DNA of 64,000 nucleotides, taken from the NCBI GenBank assembly GCA_036803685.1, contig DAIRTX010000011.1:303-64302 (forward strand). Direction: 5' to 3'. Of the stretch, positions 51,188 to 60,569 are shown piece after piece. The notes beneath the pieces are model-generated. The model saw only the letters and a program-made list of their open reading frames with translations, was not told the origin of the DNA and made no database searches. How positions within the stretch are numbered: the first letter of the stretch is position 1; each line of letters opens with the position of its first letter. The translations under genes and the position numbers were made by a program. The DNA comes from Verrucomicrobiota bacterium (lineage in GTDB: Bacteria > Verrucomicrobiota > Verrucomicrobiia > Limisphaerales > UBA11358).

Positions 51188-51610
51188 TCAGGCGTGAAGA
51201 ATGATTACGTCTGCCCCACGCATTCCGCTGTCGAACGAAACAATTTTCAAACTGCGGATCGAGGCGAAAGCCGCGAGATAAGCGTCAGTCCAGGTATTTG
51301 TCGAACTCGACCCGCTTTGCGTGAGCCGCCGCCATTCGTCTTCGATGCCTGATGGCTCATGTAAAAAAGTGACGCGCTGGTCTTTGGAAAGATTTTGATA
51401 AACCTGCCACGCTTCTTTTTGCGTCACCACATCCGCGCCCATGACGTGACGATTGGTGATGAGCCGGAGAAAACCCATTTGCGTGACGCGGCAAAATCCC
51501 GCGCTGCCCGATTCAATGTCCGCAAACCAATTTTTCGCCGTCTTGTGATGAACGTGACGGTCGGAAGCCAGCGCAATCCAGACGTTGATGTCAGGCAAGC
51601 AGGTTTTCAA
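51188..51610 (-). CDS. vapC: PIN-domain toxin VapC
   Basis: LPDINVWIAL...FCRVTQMGFLRLITN...WTDAYLAAFA. Start may be TTG 51598 (TTGCCTGA overlap with the vapB stop). Confidence 0.8.
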   Translation of the reverse strand: MKTCLPDINVWIALASDRHVHHKTAKNWFADIESGSAGFCRVTQMGFLRLITNRHVMGADVVTQKEAWQVYQNLSKDQRVTFLHEPSGIEDEWRRLTQSGSSSTNTWTDAYLAAFASIRSLKIVSFDSGMRGADVIILHA

Positions 51611-51815
51611 TTTCGGCGTTGGTCAGCGAAAGTGATTTCGGTTTCTTGGATTTGATGAGCGGAAGTTTCACGCGGAAAGAACTGGCCGGAGCTTCAACAG
51701 AAATTTCCTTTTCAATCGCCGACTGGACAAATTCCTTCAACGTCTCGCCGCGCAAAGCCGCCTTCGACTTCACCTGGCGGAACAAATCATTGGGCAAATC
51801 AATCGTCGTTCGCAT
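51591..51815 (-). CDS. vapB: Antitoxin VapB-like
   Basis: 74 aa. MRTTIDLPNDLFRQVKSKAALRGETLKEFV. Overlaps vapC. Confidence 0.7.
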   Translation of the reverse strand: MRTTIDLPNDLFRQVKSKAALRGETLKEFVQSAIEKEISVEAPASSFRVKLPLIKSKKPKSLSLTNAEIENLLA

Positions 51816-51939
51816 AAAAGCATATTTGCATAAAAGCGGACAAAGTGCAACCAGATTTTGAAGGCGGATTTTCAGACTGAAAGCGCTGCTTAATAGTTTT
51901 CAACGCAGAGACACGGAGCGACGCAAGAAACCGGCGCTC

Positions 51940-52509
51940 TTATTCCAAATAAGTTAAACCGGATACTTTGTCTTTGTGAGGTTTACCAGTTTTCGTCACT
52001 GTATCCACTATTTCTGAAATCTCATCCCAAGTTAATTCAACAAGAAAATCCGGCTGGTTAACTCCGCGAGTCGCAAATTCAAATTGAACAATGTCATCCT
52101 TTGCTCGCAACTCATATTCTACATATCGTTTGAAATACTCTTCCGGCTGCGCTCCACTCTTTGAAGCAGCGCGTGTAAGAACAGCCTTTGCAATAGCGAC
52201 TACAGAACCATTTATTTTCACTGCGAGATAAGTGTTCCCCGAGCGTTCCTTGGACTCTTCCAACCAGCCAATGAATACGGCTGTTCCGTTGTGAATCAAT
52301 ACTGGATCGTCCACATATTTCCAGACCACCTTTTGCCTGCCTTCTGCCGACCGATAACGCAACTCACGTCCTCCACCGGAGTTTTCAAGCAAAGGCGTTG
52401 TGCTTTTGATAAAAAATCCATCAGCTAAATTGTGTTTCGTCACTGTGGAAAAGCAACTGGTCATTCCAAAACAGCCAACAACCAGAAGAAATTTTACCAA
52501 CGTTTTCAT
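51940..52509 (-). CDS. Putative lipoprotein, family not recognised
   Basis: MKTLVKFLLVVGCFGMTSC signal/lipobox-like N-terminus from ATG 52509. The ORF track starts at GTG 52530, overlapping the argA stop. Confidence 0.5.
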   Translation of the reverse strand: MKTLVKFLLVVGCFGMTSCFSTVTKHNLADGFFIKSTTPLLENSGGGRELRYRSAEGRQKVVWKYVDDPVLIHNGTAVFIGWLEESKERSGNTYLAVKINGSVVAIAKAVLTRAASKSGAQPEEYFKRYVEYELRAKDDIVQFEFATRGVNQPDFLVELTWDEISEIVDTVTKTGKPHKDKVSGLTYLE

Positions 52510-52526
52510 AAGCCAGTTTCGATTGG

Positions 52527-53807
52527 TCACTTCAATTTCTTCACGAGCACCTTCGAGTTCCGGCCGCTCTGCTCATATTTTTCGCGGCGCCCGGGCGGCA
52601 AATCGTCGGGCGTGCCTTCGGCGAAGCCGCCTTTGGATTGAAAATACGTGAACGCCTGGGTCGAGAGCGTGAGGAGTTCGCCCAGGCCCATTTCGCGCGC
52701 CTTGTTTTCGATGAACTGAATCAGCTTCCGCCCGATGCCCTGGTTTTCGTGCGACGGATTGACGTAAAGGCACGCCAGCTCGCCCTTTTTCTGTTCGGGA
52801 TAAACGTGCAGCGCCACACAAGCGACCGGATTCTTGTCAATTTCAAAAATAAAATAGTCGCCGAGACTTTTCTCAATCACCGTCTTGCTGCGCCTGACCA
52901 TTTCTTCCGCCTCGACCGACGCCTTCGTCAGCAATTGGATGGCCCGGATGTCCTTTTTCTTCGCGGGCCGGATTTGCTGATATTCGTTGGCATAAATAAG
53001 CGTGCCAATGCCGTCATTGGAAAAAACTTCCGCGAGCAGGCCCTCGTCCACCTTGCCATTGATGATGTGGACGCGCGGAATTCCGGCAAGGCAGGCGAGC
53101 GCGGCGTGCTGCGCCTTCGAGAGCGTTTCAGGCGAAAACCCGGCGACATTTTGCTGCAACAGCTTTTGCAGTTCCGCCACGAGCATCTGGCGGATGAGCT
53201 GGCCGTTGTAACGCAAGCCGTCCTGCGAGGTGATGAAAATTAGTTTGATGGCCTTGAGCGCGTCGGCCACGGCCACCGCCACACCGTCGGAATTCACCCG
53301 ATAGGTCTTGCCATCGCCGTCAAACCCGAGCGGCGGAATCACCGGCACCACGCCTTGCGAAAGGAGCGACTGGAGCATTTCCACGTCCACGCGCTCGACT
53401 TTGCCGGTGAACAAATGGTCCACGCCATGAATAATGCCCATCGGATGGGCGATGATGACATTCGTGCTGGCGGCGCGAAGATCGTTGGCCGAAAGCCCTT
53501 CGAGAATTTCGTGCGTGAGCCGGTTCGCGGCGGTGAGCGCAAGATTGAGCGTGGCCGCGTCCGTAACCCCGCCGCCGTCGAGATCGGAAGCTTTGACGTT
53601 TTGCTCCCCGGCGAGCACCTTGATTTGCGCGGATGCGCCGTGAACGAGCACGACCCGGATGTTCAATGACCACAACACTGCCACGTCCAGCAGCAGCGTC
53701 GCGAAGTTCTCGTCCGTGACGATCGCCCCGTCAATGCTCAGGATGAACGTCTTTTCGCGGAATTGCGGAATGTATTGCAGGATGCCCCGCAGATCAGTCA
53801 GTTTCAC
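52527..53807 (-). CDS. argA: Amino-acid N-acetyltransferase (N-acetylglutamate synthase; AAK + GNAT domains)
   Basis: 426 aa. N-terminal amino-acid-kinase fold (FILSIDGAIV...VVLVHGA) and C-terminal GNAT (LYVNPSHENQGIGRKLI). Confidence 0.85.
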   Translation of the reverse strand: MKLTDLRGILQYIPQFREKTFILSIDGAIVTDENFATLLLDVAVLWSLNIRVVLVHGASAQIKVLAGEQNVKASDLDGGGVTDAATLNLALTAANRLTHEILEGLSANDLRAASTNVIIAHPMGIIHGVDHLFTGKVERVDVEMLQSLLSQGVVPVIPPLGFDGDGKTYRVNSDGVAVAVADALKAIKLIFITSQDGLRYNGQLIRQMLVAELQKLLQQNVAGFSPETLSKAQHAALACLAGIPRVHIINGKVDEGLLAEVFSNDGIGTLIYANEYQQIRPAKKKDIRAIQLLTKASVEAEEMVRRSKTVIEKSLGDYFIFEIDKNPVACVALHVYPEQKKGELACLYVNPSHENQGIGRKLIQFIENKAREMGLGELLTLSTQAFTYFQSKGGFAEGTPDDLPPGRREKYEQSGRNSKVLVKKLK

Positions 53808-53994
53808 TTTGGCTCGTTATGGTGTTTCAACGCAAAGATAAGTATTCGGTTTTCGCCGCGATTCAAACAATTTTTTTGCGGGTGAAGAAGAAAAGACGAG
53901 CCTTTATCAAGGCGAAATATATTTGCAGATTCAGTTCAAGCTTGTTTTGCGAAGAACTCTGCGTCAGGTTTTCGCAAAGTTTGAATTTGAGGAT

Positions 53995-54123
53995 ATGAAA
54001 ATCACTTGGGTCGTTTTATGGAGCTTGCTTGTGGTTTTGCTGGCTTCATGTGCACATCTTGTTCCACCGGTTTCCGCAACATTCACGCCGGACGAAAATA
54101 CAGCGGTTCTTTATGCCGTTTGA
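53995..54123 (+). CDS. Short ORF encoding only a lipoprotein signal peptide plus ~20 aa (possible 5' part of a frameshifted gene)
   Basis: MKITWVVLWSLLVVLLASCAHL... has lipobox LLASC. Stops at TGA 54121. Confidence 0.3.
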   Translation: MKITWVVLWSLLVVLLASCAHLVPPVSATFTPDENTAVLYAV

Positions 54124-54143
54124 ATTTGGAAGACAGAATTTCG

Positions 54144-54545
54144 ATGGGGAATCGAATTGCGCTTTGGCTTGAGAATGTAGATTTGAACAAGCCAGTCTAT
54201 ATTTACTTTGATAAGAATCGGCCAGTTTATGCAATTACCGTTGAGCCCGGCCATTATCGCCTTATTGGATTCGCCGGAATTGATATGACGCACAGAATTC
54301 TCGGGCGACGCGCCTTTCACGGAAAAAACTCCAAGGAAACATTCGTCGTGCCGTTTGAAGCACGAACCAATTCAGCCGTCTATATCGGAGACTTTATTGG
54401 TTATGCGAAGGTGAACCTTGTTGCAGAGGAGTGGGCACTAAAGACCGGCACCAATAATTTTGCTGGGACAACCATCGAATTTCACAAAGAATATCCTAAT
54501 CTCGCCAATTTGCCTGTGTTTTCCGTATTTGAATCGCAGCCTTAA
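54144..54545 (+). CDS. Hypothetical protein (possibly the body of a frameshifted lipoprotein gene)
   Basis: Internal ATG of listed ORF 54006..54545. The frame is open from 54006 and overlaps the preceding signal-peptide ORF in another frame. Confidence 0.5.
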   Translation: MGNRIALWLENVDLNKPVYIYFDKNRPVYAITVEPGHYRLIGFAGIDMTHRILGRRAFHGKNSKETFVVPFEARTNSAVYIGDFIGYAKVNLVAEEWALKTGTNNFAGTTIEFHKEYPNLANLPVFSVFESQP

Positions 54546-54555
54546 ACGCGCTGAT

Positions 54556-55650
54556 TTAGACCGATTTTTTCAGCGCCTCAAGGCACCGCTTGTTCTCCTT
54601 CGGCGTGCCGATGGAAATGCGGATCCATTCGGGCAGTTGGTAGCCGCCCATCGGCCGCACGATCACGCCCAGCTTCTGCAATTCCCCGAATACGCGCTGG
54701 CCGTCGCCGACGCGCACCAGGATGAAATTCGCCTGTGACGGAATGAATTCCAGTCCGAGCTTGCGAAACGTGCGCGCGTAAAGTTTGAGTCCGCGCGAGT
54801 TGACCTTGCGCGTCTTTTCGACGTGTTTGGTGTCGTCCAGCGCCGCCAGTGCGCCCGCCTGCGCCACCGAGTTGATGTTGAACGGCTGGCGGATTTTTTC
54901 GAGCGCGGCAATGAAATCGGGATGCCCGATGCCGTAACCAATCCGCAAACCAGCGAGCCCGTAAATCTTCGAGAATGTCCGCATCAACAGCAGGTTCGGT
55001 TTGCTGCCGCTCCGGATTTCCGGCAGCAGGTCGAGCGGTTCATCCAGGAACTCGATGTAGGCCTCGTCCAGGGCCAGCAGGACGTCGGCCGGCACGGCGT
55101 TGACGAAGCGCGCCAGTTCCTCGCGGCCGGCGGTGGTGCCGGTCGGGTTGTTCGGATTGGCGACGAAGACAATCCGCGTGTTGGGCGTGATGGCGGTCAG
55201 CATCGCGTCGAGGTCGTGGGCATGATTTTTCGCCGGCACGACGACGAGTTTCGCGCCGAACAGGGCGGTCACGATGGGATAGACGGCAAAGCAAAATTGC
55301 GACACGACGACTTCCGCGCCGGGCGCGAGCAGCGCGTGCCCGACCATTTCGATGACTTCATTGGAGCCGTTGCCAAGGACAAGATTGGCCTGCGTCACGC
55401 CGAGTTTGGCGGCCAGCTTTTGTTTCAGGTAAAACGCGTTGCCGTCGGGGTAAAAGTTGACCTGCTTGAGCGCCTGGCGCATGGCGGCAAGGCCCAGGCG
55501 CGACGGACCGAGCGGGTTTTCGTTCGACGCGAGCTTGATGATGCCGCCGGGGTCCAGACCGAGTTCGCGCGCGACCTCCTCGATGGGCCGTCCGGGTTGA
55601 TACGTCGGCAGATTTTTCAGCACGGTATTGGTGGGTAGCGGGGTTGTCAT
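54556..55650 (-). CDS. hisC: Histidinol-phosphate aminotransferase
   Basis: 364 aa. KLASNENPLGPS, class-II aminotransferase pattern, SKIYGLAGLRIGY. Confidence 0.9.
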   Translation of the reverse strand: MTTPLPTNTVLKNLPTYQPGRPIEEVARELGLDPGGIIKLASNENPLGPSRLGLAAMRQALKQVNFYPDGNAFYLKQKLAAKLGVTQANLVLGNGSNEVIEMVGHALLAPGAEVVVSQFCFAVYPIVTALFGAKLVVVPAKNHAHDLDAMLTAITPNTRIVFVANPNNPTGTTAGREELARFVNAVPADVLLALDEAYIEFLDEPLDLLPEIRSGSKPNLLLMRTFSKIYGLAGLRIGYGIGHPDFIAALEKIRQPFNINSVAQAGALAALDDTKHVEKTRKVNSRGLKLYARTFRKLGLEFIPSQANFILVRVGDGQRVFGELQKLGVIVRPMGGYQLPEWIRISIGTPKENKRCLEALKKSV

Positions 55651-55651
55651 T

Positions 55652-56746
55652 TTACAAGGATTGGATGATTTTTTTGACGTTCACGTTTTTGGCGACGATG
55701 TCGCGGATGAGGGATATTTTTCTGGCGTCGGTCGGCCGGGTTTTGACGGTGAGGTTGTGGACTTTGGACGCAACCTGATAACTGTCCGCCTGCGCGAGCA
55801 GCACCGGAATGGGCAGGGCTTGCAGCGCCTTGAGAACATTGTCGCCGGGGCGGATGCCGCCGGTCAACACGATGCCCGCCATTTTTTCTTCGCCGGTCGG
55901 ACTCATCGTCGCCCCGGCGGCCAGCAAAATGTCTTCGCGGTCACCGGGCGTGATGAGCAGCACGCCGCGTTTGAAAAATTCCATGGCGTTGTGTGCGCCC
56001 ATCGCGCCCACGACCACGTCGTCCACGAGCGTGTCCAATGTGGGCGGCTGATTCAGCAATTCGGCGTGCAGTTCCTCACGAATCAGGTCCACCGTCGGGT
56101 TGCACAGCATTTGTTGATGCGGAATGACGCCGAGCAGTTCCAACCCTTTGCGCTTGAGACCGCGGCCAACGAACCGGGCGATTTCGGGAATTTTTTTCTC
56201 GAGCACCTTGTTGATGATGACGCCGATGATTTCGACGCCCTCCTTTTCAAACAGCGCCTGGTTGAGGCAGACTTCGTCAATCGGTTTGCCGATGCCGCCC
56301 TGGGTGACGATGATGACCTTGCAACCGAGCGTTTTCGCGACCTGGGCGTTGGACAAATCGAAAACCGAGCCGACGCCCGCGTGCCCGGAACCTTCGCAGA
56401 GCACAAAATCCTTTTCCCACGCCACGCGGTCGAAGGCGTTCTGGATGCGTTGGACCAGCGCTTCGTTGTTCGCCGATTCAAGGTATTTGCGGGTAAAGGC
56501 CGGCTCGACGGCAATGGGGCTCATGTCCACCAGCGGGCAGTTCAGGCGATACACCGCGTCCATGAGCACGATGTCCTCGTCAATTTTTTGCTCCTCGATT
56601 TCAACAAAGCGCTGGCCGACGGGCTTGATGTAGCCGATGAGCGGAAAATGTTGTTGCAACGCGGCAATCAGGCCAAGCGACACGGTGGTCTTGCCTTCGT
56701 TTTGGCGCGTGGCGGCAATAAAAACGCGCGGCGTGGTGGTGTTCAT
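55652..56746 (-). CDS. BioD-like P-loop + DRTGG domain protein (equivalent to the N-terminal half of long Pta enzymes)
   Basis: 364 aa. FIAATRQNEGKTTVSLGL, LCEGSGHAGVGS, LLITPGDREDILLAA...GIVLTGG. Confidence 0.8.
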   Translation of the reverse strand: MNTTTPRVFIAATRQNEGKTTVSLGLIAALQQHFPLIGYIKPVGQRFVEIEEQKIDEDIVLMDAVYRLNCPLVDMSPIAVEPAFTRKYLESANNEALVQRIQNAFDRVAWEKDFVLCEGSGHAGVGSVFDLSNAQVAKTLGCKVIIVTQGGIGKPIDEVCLNQALFEKEGVEIIGVIINKVLEKKIPEIARFVGRGLKRKGLELLGVIPHQQMLCNPTVDLIREELHAELLNQPPTLDTLVDDVVVGAMGAHNAMEFFKRGVLLITPGDREDILLAAGATMSPTGEEKMAGIVLTGGIRPGDNVLKALQALPIPVLLAQADSYQVASKVHNLTVKTRPTDARKISLIRDIVAKNVNVKKIIQSL

Positions 56747-57799
56747 TTACTCGCCGGGCAAATGTGCGTCAGCGCCCGGATAAAGTTTCTGATAATCGAT
56801 CGCCTGCACACCAATGATGGAAGCGACGCCGAGAATGTCGTGCGCGTTCGAACCGCGCGAAACGTCCGCGGCCGGCCGGTTCAAGCCCAATAAAATCTGT
56901 CCGTAAGCATTCGCGTGGCCAACGATCCGGACGAGCTTGCTGGCAATGTTGCCGGAATTGAGTTCGGGAAAAATCAGCACGTTCGCGCGTCCGGCAACCT
57001 GGCTGTCGTGCAATTTGCGTTCGGCGATTTCCGGCACGAGTGCGGCGTCCACCTGCAATTCACCGTCGAAGTCGGCTTCCAAAAACAACTGTTCCGCCTT
57101 GCGTTTGGCCATCGCGGTGGCGGCCTGCACCTTGCCGACGGACGGATGCGACGCGCTGCCCTTGGTCGAAAACGACAGCAACGCCACGCGTGGCCGGACG
57201 CCCAGCATGTGGCGCGCCAGCCGCGCGGTCGTCACCGCAATATCGGCGAGTTGATCCACGTTCGGATCGGGAACGACGCCGCAGTCGGCCATGAACAACA
57301 CGCCGTTTTCGCCGACGCGCGTGTCCTCAACTTCCATGATCATGCAACTCGACACGGTGGCGATGTCCGGCACGGCTTTCACGATTTGAAACAGCGGACG
57401 CAACACGCTGCCGGTGATGTGCGACGCGCCGGAAACCAGGCCGTCCGCCTGGTGCATCGCCACCATCATCGTGCCGAAATAATTCGGTTGCAGCACCGCC
57501 TCGCGCGCTTCAGTGGCGCGAATTCCCTTGTCGCGGCGAAGCGAATGGAATCGCTTGGCGAAATTCTCCAGATCTTCGCTTTCGACGGGGTCGATGATGC
57601 GGATGCCCTCGATTGAAGTGTTCAAGCCCTCGGCGACTTCCCTCACTTTTGCCTGATTGCCAAGCACGATGGGCACACCCAGCCGCAACGCGTAAAACTG
57701 CCGGGCCGCCTGCAAGATGCGCGGCTCCGTGCCTTCGGGAAACACAACCCGTTTCGGATGCCGCTGTAATTTTTCGATGATGTTGCCAATGAAACGCAT
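56747..57799 (-). CDS. pta: Phosphate acetyltransferase catalytic (PTA_PTB) domain protein
   Basis: 350 aa. VVFPEGTEPRILQAA, DGLVSGASHITG, ANVLIFPELNSGNIASKL. The stop TAA abuts the ATG of the next gene. Confidence 0.85.
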   Translation of the reverse strand: MRFIGNIIEKLQRHPKRVVFPEGTEPRILQAARQFYALRLGVPIVLGNQAKVREVAEGLNTSIEGIRIIDPVESEDLENFAKRFHSLRRDKGIRATEAREAVLQPNYFGTMMVAMHQADGLVSGASHITGSVLRPLFQIVKAVPDIATVSSCMIMEVEDTRVGENGVLFMADCGVVPDPNVDQLADIAVTTARLARHMLGVRPRVALLSFSTKGSASHPSVGKVQAATAMAKRKAEQLFLEADFDGELQVDAALVPEIAERKLHDSQVAGRANVLIFPELNSGNIASKLVRIVGHANAYGQILLGLNRPAADVSRGSNAHDILGVASIIGVQAIDYQKLYPGADAHLPGE

Positions 57800-57936
57800 G
57801 GCGACAAAATAACTGGCAAATGAGGAACTGCAAAATCAATTCGCCGTGGAAAATTTTTGCGCGAAGTGCGCGATGGTTGCAAAGTAAAAATTATTTAGAA
57901 TGGTTGCCAAACAAACTTCCAATCAAGTTAAACGCA

Positions 57937-57988
57937 CCCCTCATCCCGCCAAACGGGGAGAGGGTGTCGCGCAGCGACGGATGAGGGG
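57937..57988. repeat. GC-rich palindromic repeat (same family as the element inside cca)
   Basis: CCCCTCATCC...CGGGGAGAGGG...GGATGAGGGG. Shares the CCGCC.AA.CGGGGAGAGGG core with 37270..37295. Confidence 0.7.
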
Positions 57989-58081
57989 AATTTGTTTCAG
58001 CCTTCATTTTTCTTCGCTTCCTTCGCGACCTTTTCCGGCGCATTGACTTGGGCGCCATCAATCGTTAGTCTCTTTGATTCA

Positions 58082-58810
58082 ATGCTGGAGACGATTGAGA
58101 AACTTTTGGTTTTGCAGGACCGCGACCGCAAAATTCATCGCGGGCAACAGGAACTCGCCCTCATCGGTCCGGAACGCGAAACCCTCCGCGCCAAAACCAC
58201 GACCACCCAGGCGCAACACGAAGCCGTCAAAATGCGCGTCAAACAAACCGAGTCCGACCGCAAACAGCTCGAACTCGACGTTGAAACGAAGAAGCAGCAG
58301 ATTGAAAAATACGCCAACCAACAGCTTCAGACGCGCAAGAACGAGGAATACCGCGCGCTGGCCCACGAAATCGAAACGTGCAAGGCCGACATCACGAAGA
58401 TCGAGGACCAGGAAATCGTTTTGATGGAACAGGCCGAGCTGGCGCAAAAAGAGGCGGGCCGCCTTTCGCGCGAGGCCGACGAAATAAAAAAATTGGCGGA
58501 AGGCCAGATCGCGCAGCTCAACCAGCGCGAGGAGAATTTGAAGAAGGAACTCGCCGAATTGCAACGAGGCCGGGTCGAGCTGGCCGCCGCGGTGGACGAA
58601 ACCGTGTGTCAGCGCTATGAGCGGCTGTTCAAGAGCAAGGGCGAAAACGTTGTCGTGGGCGTGCAGCACGGCGTTTGCGGCGGCTGCCACATGAAATTGC
58701 CCGCGCAAATCCTGGTCATGTGCCAGGCGCATCAGGAACTCGTCAGTTGCACGAACTGCGGCCGGATTTTGTATTACACCCGCGACATGGTGCTGGCCGG
58801 GGCGGAATGA
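58082..58810 (+). CDS. Coiled-coil C4 zinc-ribbon protein (COG1579 / CT398-like)
   Basis: Start moved to ATG 58082 (MLETIEKLLVLQDRDRKI). Long coiled coil, then CGGCHMKL...CTNCGRILYY. Confidence 0.75.
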   Translation: MLETIEKLLVLQDRDRKIHRGQQELALIGPERETLRAKTTTTQAQHEAVKMRVKQTESDRKQLELDVETKKQQIEKYANQQLQTRKNEEYRALAHEIETCKADITKIEDQEIVLMEQAELAQKEAGRLSREADEIKKLAEGQIAQLNQREENLKKELAELQRGRVELAAAVDETVCQRYERLFKSKGENVVVGVQHGVCGGCHMKLPAQILVMCQAHQELVSCTNCGRILYYTRDMVLAGAE

Positions 58811-58846
58811 CGCACGCCGGCCGGTTTATTCATTCGCGGTTGTTGT

Positions 58847-59833
58847 TCAAGGCAGAGGTTCGCCGTTTCGGAAGTAGAAAATATATCTACCCGGCACGGA
58901 ACTGTTAAGGCTCTGATATATCAAACCGGTCACCACGTTTGTATCCAGAAATGAGCCCGGAACTCCCGAGCCGTCCAGTTCAAACGTTGAACCGCTGACG
59001 CTGGCATAACACGCTCGCGCGGAAGAACCTCCCAGACCATTAACGCCGTTGCTGGCATCGCCTGCTTCCCATTGCACCTTGAAATAATTGAATTCCATGT
59101 CGAAATCGCCCGGAGCATTGCCGGAAGAACGGTCAATGATCACCAATTGACAGCTTAACAGCTTGTCCGCGTGATACGCATAGTAACCCACATTGACCCA
59201 GTCCACCCCGAAGGCATTGTGGCCATTCACCGTGTTGGTTCCATATTTCACGACATCGGAAGCGGTATTGCGGGTATCCACATCGGCCCAGTAGGGAGCG
59301 ATAATGCTGATGCCCAGCTTATTCAAGGGAGTGGGTGTATAGGCCGATTGAGCATTGTCAAAAGTCACGTTGCCATTGTTGTTTACATAAAGCGTGGCGT
59401 TGGAACTGCCAAAGAAATTAATGAGGAAGCCAATTGGCACTTTAGCCGTCGAGCCGTCATCATTTCGATCCAAAATCTGCTGATCAAACCCGGGCCGGAT
59501 GGCATTGGTAACTCCCAACCGGAAGAAGCCCTGCCCCGGCGGCAGGTTGGTCACGACCAGATTCGTTTGCCCCGGGCCATTCCGCAACAACCACGTCCAA
59601 TCCTGATTATCGGTGAGATTCGTCTTGAAATACAAATCATATACCCCATTCGCATTGGTTGCCGGGGCATGAATGGTGAAGGCGGCGACATTATTGGTCA
59701 GCGCAATTTTCAGCCATAAATCGTTCGTATCAAAAATTTGGGCGCGCAAAGCCGGGAAGGAGGGGGCAAAGACAGCAAAGGCCAAGACGAAGCCGGAAAC
59801 CAAAACTTCTCGTGACCACTTCATACTTTGCAT
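58847..59833 (-). CDS. Secreted NIDO-domain protein with an N-terminal FYR-type module
   Basis: 328 aa with a signal peptide. PIGFLINFFGSSNATLYVNNNGNVTFD...IIAPYWADVDTR matches the nidogen-like (NIDO) pattern. Confidence 0.7.
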   Translation of the reverse strand: MQSMKWSREVLVSGFVLAFAVFAPSFPALRAQIFDTNDLWLKIALTNNVAAFTIHAPATNANGVYDLYFKTNLTDNQDWTWLLRNGPGQTNLVVTNLPPGQGFFRLGVTNAIRPGFDQQILDRNDDGSTAKVPIGFLINFFGSSNATLYVNNNGNVTFDNAQSAYTPTPLNKLGISIIAPYWADVDTRNTASDVVKYGTNTVNGHNAFGVDWVNVGYYAYHADKLLSCQLVIIDRSSGNAPGDFDMEFNYFKVQWEAGDASNGVNGLGGSSARACYASVSGSTFELDGSGVPGSFLDTNVVTGLIYQSLNSSVPGRYIFYFRNGEPLP

Positions 59834-60077
59834 ACTTTGCCTGTTTTTGCCTGTTTAGAAGAACGTGGCTCCATTTCTAGCGCCACCTCAAAGGAAAGGC
59901 GAGAGATTTGCGCAAATGATTGAACGGTCAATTTGTGAATGCACCATTGTGCTTGATTCCCAGCCTAATCCAGATCGTAACCTATTCTAAATTCATTAAA
60001 GAGCGAGCGCAAGCTGGGAACGACTTTCAAACCCCGCCTTGTCAGCCATCCGTTTTGCAGGTAGATTGCCCATGGTT

Positions 60078-60477
60078 TTGGAAGGGCGGAGAATCGCTTC
60101 CGGCGCGAGTCGGGGGAGGAAAGTCCGAACACCAAAGGGCGCGATGCCGCGTAACTCAGGCTCGTTTGGCTGGGATACACGCGGGCGGAAAGTTGAAAGA
60201 CTTTTCGACGGATAGTGCCACAGAAAATCAAACCGCCGGTCCCGCATTGCGGGACTGGTAAGGGTGAAAAGGTGCGGTAAGAGCGCACCGCGCGAAGCGC
60301 AAGCGACGCGGCACGGAAAACCCCATCGGGTGCAAGGCCAAATAGGGGATCCCGGAGCGGCCCGCTCCAGGTTTCGCGAAAGCGAAACGGATTCCGGGTA
60401 TCGGCTGCCCAGACAAATGGTTCTCTCCCCCGGAGCAATTCGGGGCAGACAGAATTCGGCTTACAGCCCTTCCAAGA
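60078..60477 (+). ncRNA. rnpB: RNase P RNA, bacterial type A
   Basis: P1 pairing TTGGAAGGGC / GCCCTTCCAA. Universal blocks GGAGGAAAGTCCGAACAC, ACAGAAA, GGTAAGGGTGAAAAGGTGCGGTAAGAGCGCACC, ACAGAATTCGGCTTACAG. Confidence 0.9.
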
Positions 60478-60569
60478 CCAATTCAAATTCCCAAATCCGG
60501 AGGGGCGAGTTACACGAGCCCCACTCCAACCAACAGAAAGTCAGGGACTCGTATAACTCGTCCCTCCGA

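Noticed and set aside
60543-60565. AGGGAC-N11-GTCCCT hairpin between convergent rnpB and the GHL10 gene, considered as a bidirectional terminator.
   Set aside because: The stem is only 6 bp with an 11-nt loop and no clear U-tract, which is too weak to annotate.
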